A stretch of DNA of 64,000 bases from Macrostomum lignano (taxonomy: Eukaryota), in NCBI GenBank assembly GCA_002269645.1, contig NIVC01003161.1:14743-78742 (forward strand). The letters are read 5' to 3'. The notes below the pieces were generated by a model that saw only the letters and a program-made list of their open reading frames with translations, did no database searches and was not told the origin of the DNA. Position 1 is the first letter of the stretch. Each line of letters opens with the position of its first letter. Positions 1 through 31,196 of the stretch are shown in pieces. A program made the position numbers and the translations under genes.

Positions 1-163
1 CATAAATATTCCTAAAACTGTTTTTACTTTAAATGTCCAATTCAGCGCTGCTTTGTTGTAAAAATATATCTAAATAAATCATAACGATATTTTATCGGAC
101 TTTACTTGTATGCATAAAAGTACATCATATCAAATTATATTCTAGTGAACAGCATATACATGT

Positions 164-206
164 CAAGGACGACTAGGAACACTTCGTTATAGTCTAGTAG
201 TCCTTG
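164..206. mobile_element. 43-bp hAT-like micro-MITE with 8-bp TSD
   Basis: TIRs CAAGGACGACTAG (164-176) and CTAGTAGTCCTTG (194-206) match at 12/13; flanked by the perfect direct repeat ATACATGT at 156-163 and 207-214. Confidence 0.8.
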
Positions 207-1626
207 ATACATGTACAGTGTGTATAGTACAATAAGTGTAAAATACTGGGTAATTTAGATTCCCTAATATTATTATTAGCACGAAGTACGCTCGTAATAT
301 AATAATTACTTGGTTTCATATACATATTGTTTACTATTAAACATCATATCACAGTGCAGAAATTTTTAAGGATTCATAACATTACATAAAACAACAAATA
401 CAACTTTGCTGAAAAATTTAGGAAGTGCCACGAATAAGAGAAAACAAATGATTTGGACACATGAAAAATAATGATTTGCCATTTTCGAAAGAACTAAAAC
501 TAAAATTTTATTCAAAATTCAGCAACAAAAGTATCCAGGTCGATACAGCGAATTTTCAACGCATCACAAAGCCGGAAATTCCGGTATCATAGATTTGTTA
601 TAAATAGCGAAATAAGCCTTGAACCAACAACAGACTGCGCACAAACAACGAGGCAATTAATACAACAATCTAGTACTGATGGGTAAAATCGCCCTCTCCG
701 ATTTTACTATTGACAAAATTAACTACACGAAATCCGAGTCCAACTTTTTCCGGCTTTTTTGGTGTCTCTTTTTGGTTCACACGGACATTTTCGACAACGA
801 GAGAGAAGCCCATTTAAACATAGAATAAGTTTTTTTAAACGACACTAATTATTACACCGAGTAAAGTGGGTTTTCTCCAATATTAAAAAAATACGTACCT
901 GGTGCTTAATAAACTGCCGTTGCTGTGCAGGTGAGGTGGCCGCGGCTTTGAGAAACGAAACACCAATCGCGAACACAATAAAAACCTCGATTTGAGCGAA
1001 CAGAAGCAGAGCAGCGCGAAGCAAAAAAAATTAAATTGCTTTGCTTTTCTCTAGTTTTATCCGACACCAAAAATTAGAAAATGATAGTGCATGGCTCGTA
1101 TGAAACCCAAAAGTTTTATGGTACGTGATAGTTAGAAATAAGAAAGAAATTACCGAGTGTGCTCTCTAATGAAAGCGACGCGTTTTAGATTGACATTCAT
1201 TTTGCCCCTCCATTTTGCTTAAAAAGGCATTCCCTACGTTTTTATCAACGGATTTGACACCTAAACTGTGCAAATTTTACCATAAAATAGGTTGGGTAAC
1301 TACACCATTCAGAATGATCTTACTAAGTAAGCTCAAAATTATATAGTAAGGAAAATATTGAAAGGTTAAAAATAATAAATAAATTTCTATGAAAATAGTG
1401 AAAGAATAAAACAAGAATCAGTTTCTGCTCGGCTAGAAAAGTCGTTAAATTTTTCGAAACTTCTCCACACTTCGTATCGTATTGAGCAAATTAATAAAAT
1501 CATTAAACAAATGGAACTAGTTGACCCCAACTAAAGTCTAAAGATCCCCATTACAAATATATGGCTCGATGGCTTTTTGTCCATAAATAGGTATATTTGT
1601 CGCAAAAATATATGGATAGAATTAAT

Positions 1627-19560
<17,934 letters not shown>

Positions 19561-19695
19561 TTGAGCTCGAAAAAGGAATACAATAATTAGACTGCGACTT
19601 TGCTGTCAGATGCATGCAGTAGGTTTTTTAATTTATTAGTCAGGAAAATTTTAAGTTTGAGTAAAATTTTTGTCAGCTGATTGCTTATGAATTAG

Positions 19696-19738
19696 CAAGG
19701 ACTCTAGTGTTTCAAATAGATATTTGAAACACTAGAGT
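19696..19738. mobile_element. Palindromic micro-element (18-bp perfect arms), probable truncated member of the CAAGGAC micro-MITE family
   Basis: CAAGG + ACTCTAGTGTTTCAAATA-GA-TATTTGAAACACTAGAGT; the right-hand CCTTG end and a TSD are absent. Confidence 0.55.
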
Positions 19739-21479
19739 ATAATTTTTGGAATAAAACAGTTGAAAATTAATTTGTTCACATAAAATATTGTGTATATTGA
19801 TTGATTGATAAGAGGCATTGGGCTGAACTCTTAGTATATATCTTAAATATAGTTTTTGTGTATATATAATTTAACTGAAAGGATAAGCTAACAATATGTA
19901 TATGCGTTAATTTTTTAGGAATCTTTTTTAAAATATTGTGAGAAATTTAGTCCTAAAATATAATTTTATTACGAACCATAATCAATAATGTATATTTTAT
20001 TTAAATACAAAATGCACTAGATTGCAGGGGAAAAATAAAGAATGTTTGGCAAAAAATGAATGACAGAATAAAATTAAACTGGCTATTTAAATTTTTAGAA
20101 ATTTTATCTACAGGCAAAACTATAGTTAAATAAATGATTATAATGTAAAATTTGTAAAATTATTGCTTTTCTTGGCCTTCATTTTAAAAAAGTCAAAATC
20201 AGATAGTCTAATAGAAAGGTGTAATTATATCATTTCTCCTTTTATATAGCTTGGCCCGATTTCTAAGTTTTGAATACAATAATTAACACCACCATCCACC
20301 AATTAACTCATTAACACTCTTGTCAGGACTGGTTTCTTTCATAATATAGTATTTCCAATATACATTTGTATTATACAGTGATTTTATACTATAAAAATGA
20401 ACCTGACGAGGGAGGAGTTTTGTAAGATTATGCTATTTTTTCGTTTTTTTAACCTACTGTACGCTCGTAGACGGAACATGCGGCACATGCAAATTCATTT
20501 CTAAGGACAAATTACAAGTTAAAAATGTAACATTTCTGGGCTACATAGCCGCCAAACAAATTTAAAAATAACTGTTTTAAAGTTTATTAAAAAACCGTTT
20601 TAAAAAAAGTTCTATAAATAAGGTTTAACTTCGATGGTATTTTAAAGCAACATTTTTTTCTAGGGCAAAACCGTTTTGTTTTATCTTAAAGTGAGCACGA
20701 AAAATGAAATAAGATTTTACGCGACTATTTTTACTACCGCGGCTCGTTACATTCTGATTATGTAATTACAACAGTAGGCTTCCTAGCAGTAGTATGCACG
20801 TATGATCACGCATTAGTTAGTCCAGTGTACCTGTTTTAAACTACGGACTTACATGTAAATAGAATTATTATTCACTTCATTTTCTATTTCTTACCCACGG
20901 TTATTTCATAAAAATCTCAGAAAAGGCTAATTGAAAACTTGTTCTTCTGGCCTTCACGGATGCAAATATAAAATTCACGTTTGCAGTCAGTCAGTCAGTT
21001 TTTAGGAGAGCAGATTCTGCAGCAATTGAATTTTTCACTTTGTTAATGCAAATTATGGACAATTTCAAAAGCCTTTTATGATAAATGATTATGGGAAACT
21101 TGGAGACTTTCATCGATTGTTTTTTATTTAAATTTACCTATTTCATCTCAGGACTGATAACTTACCTAACAAAAAAATCACTGTGCAATGCAATTTTTAT
21201 GCATAAAATACACTGTACACAGTGTAAAGTGTATGGAATACACGTGCAAAATTTACAAACAGATAACAATGTAGAGCTTCTCGACGAATTTTTCTATGAA
21301 GGCTTCTAAAATCTGTCAAAAGGGAAAATTAGCCATAAGTATTTAAGTCTTACTCATTGTATTTTACGATCGTATCGAAAGATAATTTACAAGAAGTATT
21401 TCCTTTGAAACGATAGTACGATTAATTGCTATAAAATTAATGCTAATAGTTTTTACGTCATAATCCAGCTAATTGACTG

Positions 21480-22675
21480 CTAAAAAGTATCGTCAATCCA
21501 TGATGCCTCACACTCAGTAACAGTGGCCTGACCAATAGCAGTACTGTTGGCATCCATAATTTCTTTACGCCTCAATGCAGCGGATCTAGAAGCGGTAAAA
21601 ATTAAATCGCGATTCGCAAAGCGTCGCGACAGGCTATAACCGGTGTAGTCATGGAAACGAACCCGGTGGCAATAGAGCGAATTAGACAAAGACGCAGACT
21701 GAGAAGACCCGGCTGCTCGAGGATCGCCTAGTCCGCAGCCCCGAAGCAGTTCGCATAGTCGCCAAGGCTTCAAACGCCGTCGTTTTCTTGACTTGCCGGT
21801 CCCCTTGTCCATTTCGGCTCCTGAGGAGCTGTCCTCCCTCAGGTCGTTGGTGCTATCGCATCTGCTACTGCTGCTACTGCTTCTGCTGCTACTCTTCCCT
21901 CGGTAGGCTTTGTTTCCACACGTACTTTCGACTACGGGCGTTTTTATACGCAATCTTGATCGCCTTGGTGAGTGTCTACTATCTACTTCTGTCGTCTTGG
22001 TAGTGCGCGTCTTCGTAGAGTAGGCAGTACTGGCTGCAGGTCGGTCCTGGGGTCTCTCGCGCGACTTAAGTCGAGTTGGGTAGCGATGGCATAGGCTGGC
22101 GTACTCTAGCTGCGTTGAGACTCTCTACGCGTGGTTCGGTATGAGAACAGAATTTTTTTACATTTGAAACAATAAGCCAAGCGAAAAACTTTCCGTTGTT
22201 AGTTTTCCGAACTAAAATAACTTTTTTCTAAATGGAAACCTCATTAAAACAAACATACATGCACATACGCTCGCATCAAACCGTAAAAAATAAGTTTTAG
22301 CGTCCTTGGACAAAACGCATAGATTCTCTGTTGTTTTGTGATTCATAAAGCCGGATAGATGTACGTCGTATTAGGAATAATGCGATTGCAGCTCAATGGC
22401 TGTAACCATTACATGTATATACAATAAATAAAACAAACATATTTCTTACATGCAGCGTGTAGGTTGGCAAAAGTGGAGGGAGTCTAACGTCAGTAAACCT
22501 GACATTGGGAGACCGAATCTCCGACATGACGTCGACTTACTGGACTAGTTTCTTTCAAACTCCTAAAGCTGAGTATTTTCTGCCTATCCATATAAATAAA
22601 TTGGGGATGAAATGAACCACAGCTCAAGGCGACTGCCACAGTTTCGGGATAGGCAGAGACGCAGCACTCATTCAT
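21480..22675 (-). CDS. Possible two-exon gene for an unknown Ser/Arg/Thr-rich protein
   Basis: The frame stays open from about 22105 to the stop at 21480 behind a CTAG acceptor. A possible upstream exon 22551-22675 (ATG ... ETSP, then GTAAGT) is in matching phase 0. No recognisable domain. Confidence 0.3.
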
Positions 22676-22950
22676 TCATCAAGTTCCATCGCGCAGTTTG
22701 CGGAGACGTATTGTTACACTATGCGCGGGAAAAGGAAGTTGAGATGCTCTGCTCTTCTCTTGCTTTTCTTTCTTCTGCTGCAATGCAAATTCTGCATTGA
22801 GTCTGCTGTCTGAAATTTGGCAGGTCTGCGAGTGGCAGTCAATGGCAACCTTTGAGAGGGCTGTGCGATGGAGCTTTTCTCTGGCCAACATATGGGCCAT
22901 TTAGGTCAGTGAAATACCGTTACTCAAAAAGCAATGTGCCGCCTAAAGGT

Positions 22951-23535
<585 letters not shown>

Positions 23536-24419
23536 TTGTGTAATGTATTAAATAATCGATTTAATAGTCACTGATAATAGAGTAAATTCATTAAGTATAG
23601 AATTATTTCCTAACCGCAGGAATAATGATTTAACAGATTTGTTTTGAAATGTAGGATTTTAACAGCTATACTTCATAGTGTAATAAATTTTTTAGCTGCA
23701 GGTCGCGTGGTCATAGGCAGTGGTCGATCTTGTACCAAATTGAATGAGTTAGTTTGTGCTATGAGTGCAACAAGTAAAGAAACATATTTCTAGTAAAGAA
23801 CAAAAAACCCTAGCAAAAACGGATCATGGAATTGAATTTTTCGTTAACAACGGAATTGAGGATGTAAGGACAAAATATTTCATTGAACAACTCAAGAGCT
23901 TGCGGTACAGATGTTCACGGATTCAACCAGAACAAACTGGAACGCACCAAGCACTAGCGCTCATCCCTGCTGATAAACGGACTCGAATGGCGGCCGCGGT
24001 CCGATATTGTAACCCCGATACCGGCAAAACAAAAACGTGGCTCCAACGCTCACGGCAGCCAGAACGCAGGCCAAAGTAGCCGACGAAAGCAGGAAATGCC
24101 CCCTCAGCCGGAAGCTCTTCGACACTGGCTGGTCGCCGCCGAGCCAACACGCAGCCGGATCGCAATTCGTCCATCGCTGCGCTTCGCCAACGCAGAAGTC
24201 GTGCGGCGTAACGTTGCCCAGCACGCGTTTGTTGATGCAGCTGCGCAGCGAAATGGAACGCCTGTTGCCGTTGGCGTTGCCGCACTCCGGCCGGCAGCGG
24301 TCCCACTGCGACCAGGGACTCCAAATGCCAGTCCATTGTGCGCAAGTTGGCCCGCTGTAGCCAGAGTTACATTTGCAACGACCTGAATAGCAAGCAGGCG
24401 TGGAAATGCACATATTTCC

Positions 24420-25410
24420 ACCTAATGACCACCTAATGACCAGACACATCTAATGACCACAGAGACACAGGCACCGAGTGCAAAGACACAGCTAATGACC
24501 GCAGAGACACAGGCACCGAGTGCAAAGACACACCTAATGACCGCAGAGACACAGACACCGAGTGCAAAGACACACCTAATGACCACAGAGACACAGACAC
24601 CGAGTGCAAAGACACACCTAATGACCACAGAGACACAGGCACCGAGTGCAAAGACACAGCTAATGACTGCAGAGACACAGGCACCGAGTGCAAAGACACA
24701 CCTAATGACCGCAGAGACACAGGCACCGAGTGCAAAGACACACCTAATGACCACAGAGACACAGGCACCGAGTGCAAAGACACAGCTAATGACCAGAGAG
24801 ACACAGACACCGAGTACAAAGACACACCTAATGACCACAGAGACACAGACACCGAGTGCAAAGACACAGCTAATGACCACAGAGACACAGGCACCGAGTG
24901 CAAAGACACACCTAATGACCACAGAGACACAGGCACCGAGTGCAAAGACACAGCTAATGACCGCAGAGACACAGGCACCGAGTGCAAAGACACACCTAAT
25001 GACCACAGAGACACAGGCACCGAGTGCAAAGACACAGCTAATGACCGCAGAGACACAGGCACCGAGTGCAAAGACACAGCTAATGACCGCAGAGACACAG
25101 GCACCGAGTGCAAAGACACAGCTAATGACCACAGAGACACAGGCACCGAGTGCAAAGACACACCTAATGACCACAGAGACACAGGCACCGAGTGCAAAGA
25201 CACACCTAATGACCACAGAGACACAGGCACCGAGTGCAAAGACACACCTAATGACCACAGAGACACAGGCACCGAGTGCAAAGACACACCTAATGACCAC
25301 AGAGACACAGGCACCGAGTGCAAAGACACATCTAATGACCACAGAGATACAGGCCCCAAATGCAAAGACACATCTAATGACAACAGAGACACAGGCACCG
25401 AACACACATG
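24420..25410. repeat. 42-bp minisatellite, about 23 copies, filling the last intron of the EGF/TSP1 gene
   Basis: Unit CTAATGACCACAGAGACACAGGCACCGAGTGCAAAGACACAC; its length is a multiple of 3, which explains the 324-332 aa ORFs. Confidence 0.95.
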
Positions 25411-25774
25411 AGCTCACCATAGAGACACTTCTATCAAGTCATTCATAAGTCAGAACTTTGCCTTCTACCCTAATAAACATAAAAAAACGCAATGAACTTG
25501 CTTAAATTTCCAATTTTCGACGAAATGAAATATCCATTGATGCAGTTCATTGACAGGCACACGTTCCTATAGGCAGCGCAGTTATCGTAGGCTAGAGCTA
25601 GGTCCCGAGCTCGTTGAAACGAGCAGACGCACTCCCAATTGGGGATCGAGTTACTCATTTTGCTCCTACGACAAGTTCCCAGGTCTGAAACATCAAGGAA
25701 TGGATGAAAGCTTTCAGAAGAGATAGAATTCATGTCTCACTAGGATTCATAGTCAGATAGGATTCGCGTCAGAT

Positions 25775-26690
25775 CGTGCTTCTTCATGTACCGATGGAAG
25801 TTGTGTCAGCTTCTTCATGTACCGATGGAAGTTGTGTCAGCTTCTTCATGTACCGATGGAAGTTGCGTCAGCTTCTTCATGTACCGATGGAAGTTGTGTC
25901 AGCTTCTTCATGTACCGATGGAAGTTGTGTCCGCTTCTTCATGTACCGATGGAAGTTGTGTCCGCTTCTTCATGTACCGATGGAAGTTGTGTCAGCTTCT
26001 TCATGTACCGATGGAAGTTGCGTCAGCTTCTTCATGTACCGATGGAAGTTGTGTCCGCTTCTTCATGTACCGATGGAAGTTGTGTCAGCTTCTTCATGTA
26101 CCGATGGAAGTTGTGTCAGCTTCTTCATGTACCGATGGAAGTTGTGTCCGCTTCTTCATGTACCGATGGAAGTTGTGTCCGCTTCTTCATGTACCGATGG
26201 AAGTTGTGTCCGCTTCTTCATGTACCGATGGAAGTTGTGTCAGCTTCTTCATGTACCGATGGAAGTTGTGTCCGCTTCTTCATGTACTGATGAATTGTGT
26301 CAGCTTCTTCATGTACCGATGGAAGTTGTGTCCGCTTCTTCATGTACCGATGGAAGTTGTGTCAGCTTCTTCATGTACTGATGATATTTGTGTCAGCTTC
26401 TTCATGTACCGATGGAAGTTGTGTCCGCTTCTTCATGTACTGATGATATTTGTGTCAGCTTCTTCATGTACTGATGGAAGTTGTGTCAGCTTCTTCATGT
26501 ACTGATGATATTTGTGTCAGCTTCTTCATGTACCCTTCATGTACCGATGGAAGTTGTGTCAGCTTCTTCATGTACTGATGATATTTGTGTCAGCTTCTTC
26601 ATGTACCGATGGAAGTTGTGTCAGCTTCTTCATGTACCGATGGAAGTTGTATCAGCTTCTTCATGTACCGATGAAAGTTGTGTCCGTTTA
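25775..26690. repeat. 31-bp minisatellite (TTCTTCATGTACCGATGGAAGTTGTGTCAGC), about 29 copies, intronic
   Basis: Direct tandem repetition. Confidence 0.95.
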
Positions 26691-27207
26691 TTTATGTCCC
26701 GATGGTCACATCACGTGCATCAAAGCCTAATAAAATCTGGCAAAGCAAATTTCACACGCACTTACCATCATACGTGGCGCATGCGAAGTTCCCTGACACC
26801 CTGTGCAACGGATGCCGATCGGTGCACGGATCCGCCTGGCAAAGCAAATTTCACACGCACTTACCATCATACGATGCTGACACCCTGTGCAACGGATGCC
26901 GATCGGTGCACGGATCCGCCAGACGTTCTTAGCCTTCTTTACAGACGCAGATCGTCTCGGTTTCTCCTTCCGCCTCCGTGCCGTTCTTTCCAACTTTGGT
27001 CAGGCGACTCTCGCAGTACAGTGTGTATCGTGGCGAACAGGGATACTCAGAGGAGTCGCGCGGCCGGTTGCACAGCAGCTGGGGAACGCAATCGTGAGTG
27101 CTTCTCGACCAGTAGTGACCAGCCTTGCATACGCACTCGTATGAATCGGCCCACAAGCCTGACTGGCTGATTGTGCATCTGCTCGGGTGCAAGGTGGGAT
27201 AAAGTGG

Positions 27208-27208
<1 letters not shown>

Positions 27209-27299
<91 letters not shown>

Positions 27300-27341
27300 T
27301 AGACAGACAGACAGATATACACTAAGACAGACAGACAGACA
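27209..27341. repeat. (GACA)n microsatellite, intronic
   Basis: Direct. Confidence 0.95.
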
Positions 27342-27794
27342 GTATGGCATAATTAGTCTCACTGTCCATTCTCGGAGTTCTTCACCCGCTTGCAGCGGGC
27401 ATTGGCGCAAGGATCGGGGCAGAAGGCCTCCAAAAACCAACTGAACATGAGCGGCACAATTTCGTCAGAAGCGTTAAACTTATTGGCCAACGAAGACAAC
27501 CGGTGGGCCCAGTGGCAGGAGATAAAGCAGATGTGACCATTGTAAAATAGGTCCGATCGCAATTTACTGTCCGTCGGTACCCTTCTCGAGTAGATGTTGT
27601 GCCGAAAATAGTGCAGCAGTGAAGCTTTAAGCTGATCCTTCGGATGAAATCTGTGTTGTAAGAGGCGATAGAAAAAAGTAAAATTTCATACACTTTGACG
27701 CGTGTTACGTTTTCAGACTTTTGCATCGATAAACATCCGGTTCGAGTAAACAAGTAGAACAGATATCCAATTAGATCCACTCTCCACTCTCGGA

Positions 27795-28587
27795 TAGAGC
27801 AAACATCCGGTTAGAGCAAACATCCGGTTAGAGCAAACATCCAATTAGAGCAAACATCCGATTAGAGCAAACATCCGGTTAGAGCAAACATCCAATTAGA
27901 GCAAACATCCGATTAGAGCAAACATCCGGTTAGAGCAGATATCCAATTAGAGCAAACATCTGGTTAGAGCAAACATCCAATTAGAGCAAACATCCGGTTA
28001 GAGCAGACATCCGGTTAGAGCAAACATCCAATTAGAGCAAACATCCGATTAAAGCAAACATCCGGTTAGAGCAAACATCCGGTTAGAGCAAGCATCCGGT
28101 TAGAGCAAGCATCCGGTTAGAGCAAACATCCGATTAGAGCAAACATCCGGTTAGAGCAAACATCCGGTTAGAGCAAACATCCGGTTAGAGCAAACATCCG
28201 GTTAGAGCAAACATCCGGTTAGAGCAAACATCCGGTTAGAGCAAACATCCGATTAGAGCAAACATCCGGTTAGAGCAAACATCCAATTAGAGCAAACATC
28301 CGAGTAGAGCAAACATCCGGTTAGAGCAAACATCCAATTAGAGCAAACATCCGATTAGAGCAAACATCCGGTTAGAGCAGATATCCAATTAGAGCAAACA
28401 TCCGGTTAGAGCAAACATCCGGTTAGACCAAACATCCGGTTAGAGCAAACATCCGGTTAGAGCAAACATCCGATTAGAGCAAACATCCGGTTAGAGCAAG
28501 CATCCGGTTAGAGCAAACATCCGGTTAAAGCAAGCATCCGGTTAGAGCAAACATCCGGTTAAAGCAAACATCTGGTTAGAGCAAACA
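27795..28587. repeat. 17-bp minisatellite (TTAGAGCAAACATCCGG), about 46 copies, intronic
   Basis: Direct tandem repetition. Confidence 0.95.
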
Positions 28588-31196
28588 AACCAAGTAAACA
28601 AAATATATAGGCACAAATGCAAAACTACTCACTGCGTCATCATATAGGAAGTCCAGTTAAGCTTGAACTGGATTGGATCCCGTCTAACGGTGACTTCACC
28701 GCCCCAACTTTTTAGGAAATCTTCCGCTAAATTGGCTAGCACGTTGAGTATGTAGTCAGGTATGTCGGGTTCCATTGAGCTTTTAACGAAATTCTGCACC
28801 ACTTTGGTAATGCTCTTTCTGTAACTAAGCTGAGTGACCCGGATGGTTTCACGAGTGTAATTGCAAGCCCGATTAGTGATTTCCATGTACGGGTTTTGAC
28901 GCAAATCTGGTAGATAGCATGCTCTGTTTACATCCAGCAGTTTCGTTACGCTGATATTTAATAGATCATAGAAGCGACCCATCTGGCTCATGTCCAGCTT
29001 GTACGGTCGCAAATTGGCGCTGACAAACTCCGGAGTGAAGCCCCCATATTGACTGGTTGGACAGGCGAATGACAGGTAGGCTGGCGGGATGCCACCCACC
29101 GGCTTTTGGCTCACTCGGCGATAAGCTTGGATGTCGAAAATTTTTAGAGGCTTGGTCGACCTGAAAGCGGTTGGAATTAGGCGAATGAGGTTTGTTTTGT
29201 ACTTTAGTCTTTAACTACTGCCATTTTTGTCACACCGCTGACGTTGCTTGTTGTGATAGACTCCGTTCTGTCCCACGTTCAATTAAGCGCGAGGGGCGCA
29301 GCCTTCCTTTTAAATAACCTTCTGCCCTACTAGCGCTCAGTAACTACAGTTTGTTCTTGTGCATGCGTGGTTGGTTGCAGAAATTTTCGATTCTACGTTC
29401 GCCTGGCATAACACATTAATGTCGATAAAAGCTTTACAAGACTCAGTCAGTGGAATCTTTTAGTGCTATATTTGAGCTCTAACGTATCTTCGGCCAAACG
29501 ACGTCAAAGAAAATCAGCGTTGCAAACTATTAATTTAAAACAAATTTTACTCTCACCGAATTGCCAGAAAGAGCGCGTGCTGCGATCTGCAAGCTTGATT
29601 CAGCATGATTTCTTCCATTCCAATTGTAGTTCTGGTCAACAGGTTGGAAAACCTGCCGCAGACTGTCCAGTACTTCCAGGATATTAACTTATTGTACCAA
29701 TCGACCTTTTTGTTCGCTGATTTGAATTGGTACCGCCTGCCAGAAGCTGAGGTAAACAGTGAGTCAGGTGTGCTTGTCATATCCGCCGCGGCTAACAGCT
29801 CAGCGCCTTCCAAGCCCTTCAAACCAAAGTCAGATTTTTCCAAGGTTTGTGGTTGTACCAAAGCTTGCAGCTGGTCGTTTTTTCAGTAATCACCGTCTGC
29901 AGCTTCTTCGACTTCTCAGAAGAACGAAACGTCCTCGGATCGACGCTTTTGCCAACAATGCACATGAATCCTTTGTTAAAGTAGCGACCGACTATCATAG
30001 TGAGCGTTCCTATTAGGTAGAGGTCAGATTTGGCGTAATCCTGGCATACAACGGAATCGTTAACCGACAATACCTGCCAGTCAAGAAGATAAACTGTAGA
30101 AACTCTAGTCTTTTTGCTGTAGTTGATTCGATCAAAATCTTTACGTTTCATGTCCCGCAATAAGGTTGGACTGATTGAACGAACGGAACGTGAGTGACTA
30201 GAGCTTGGTAGGGTAGTTCAATTATTATCCAATGGTAGCCTGCATCCACGGCCGAATACTTTTTCTCGTGCGATGCGTAAGTATTGACGTCATCGTCCAC
30301 GGCCATCTGCGGCCCGTACTGTAATAGCGACTCATCCGAGACGCTTGACATCCAGGCGCGTGTATTTAACAGAGGTACCTCCTCGTACTGGATGCCCGCA
30401 TGGTCAATCTTTCGTTGATCTATTTTCTGTCGACAGGCTAGCGAGATGCAGGCCCGGGCAGTGTAGCCCATAGTGCTGCAACCCGAGCCATAGGCTATAC
30501 GCTGAGGAGACGGCAACTCCTCGTACAGTAAATAGCACTTATGACAAACGCACTGGTTAGGATCGGACAGCGACAGAAAGTGCACGCTGACGCACCTCTT
30601 GTCGTAGGCGCACCAATTTAAGCGGTCTTGCAAGAATATACTATTGCAGTAGTGCTTGCCGGCTTTTGAGAGTCGTGTTTTCGTAAACGGCGTCTCCTGG
30701 CCTAGTCCGGGCATGCACGATAGCTGAATTAAGTCGCTGTGATCGCATGTGAAGATATTGTTAGTTGTCTGTTTCGCTTGCAATAAAATAAGTGATTGTG
30801 CCGCTAAAAATGACCACAGTAAGAACATGGTTTAATAGTATCAAGTCAACTTGGCTTAGCAAAGAAGTAAAAACTGATCTGTCGGGTCGTACAAACTTTC
30901 GCACCATAATAAATAGCCAGTGTCTCTGCTTTATAACCATAGACAACTCGGGACTCCGTATGTTAAGGCGGATACAAGTCACTCTTGCTGAGTCCAATAG
31001 GAATGAGCCATGTGTGCATGGTACCAAGAATTTCGACCATAGACATGTGTGGCTTGTAGCAAAAGCCTCACCTCCTTGGTGCAGATTGGCGCATAAAACT
31101 ATAATACAAGTAATACAAAACTTTGCAAAGCTGCTGTACTTTTTGACTTTATAGAACTGTTCTACTCGTAGAATGCATACAAAGCTTTATATATTA

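Larger units (their letters stand above)
23961..30828 (-). pseudogene. Type I membrane protein gene (signal peptide, PAN/apple-like, discoidin/fucolectin-like modules, EGF repeats, TSP1, TM, short tail); disabled as assembled
   Basis: Exons: 29557-30828, 28633-29160, 27363-27650, 26865-27178, 25502-25684, 23961-24382, with consistent phases. ATG at 30828 with signal peptide MFLLWSFLAAQSLILLQA; EGF motif RCKCNSGYSGPTC; TSP1 motif WSPWSQWDRCRPECG; TM LLSSATLACVLAAVSVGATFLFC. Two 1-nt frameshifts (~30187, ~29880) and an in-frame TAA (26929-26931). Could be a real gene with consensus errors. Confidence 0.65.

Noticed and set aside
895-1030. Possible first exon of a gene continuing left (minus strand, ends CAG then GTACGT)
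   Set aside because: A good donor, but no start codon or recognisable peptide.
24422-25448. 331-aa mucin-like TTETQAPSAKTHLM ORF on the + strand
   Set aside because: The 42-bp intronic array is open in three frames; there is no signal peptide or splice context, and it lies antisense within another gene.
25776-26730. Regular 31-bp repeats resembling a CRISPR array
   Set aside because: Units are contiguous with no unique spacers, the context is a eukaryotic intron, and no cas genes are present. The same holds for all other arrays.
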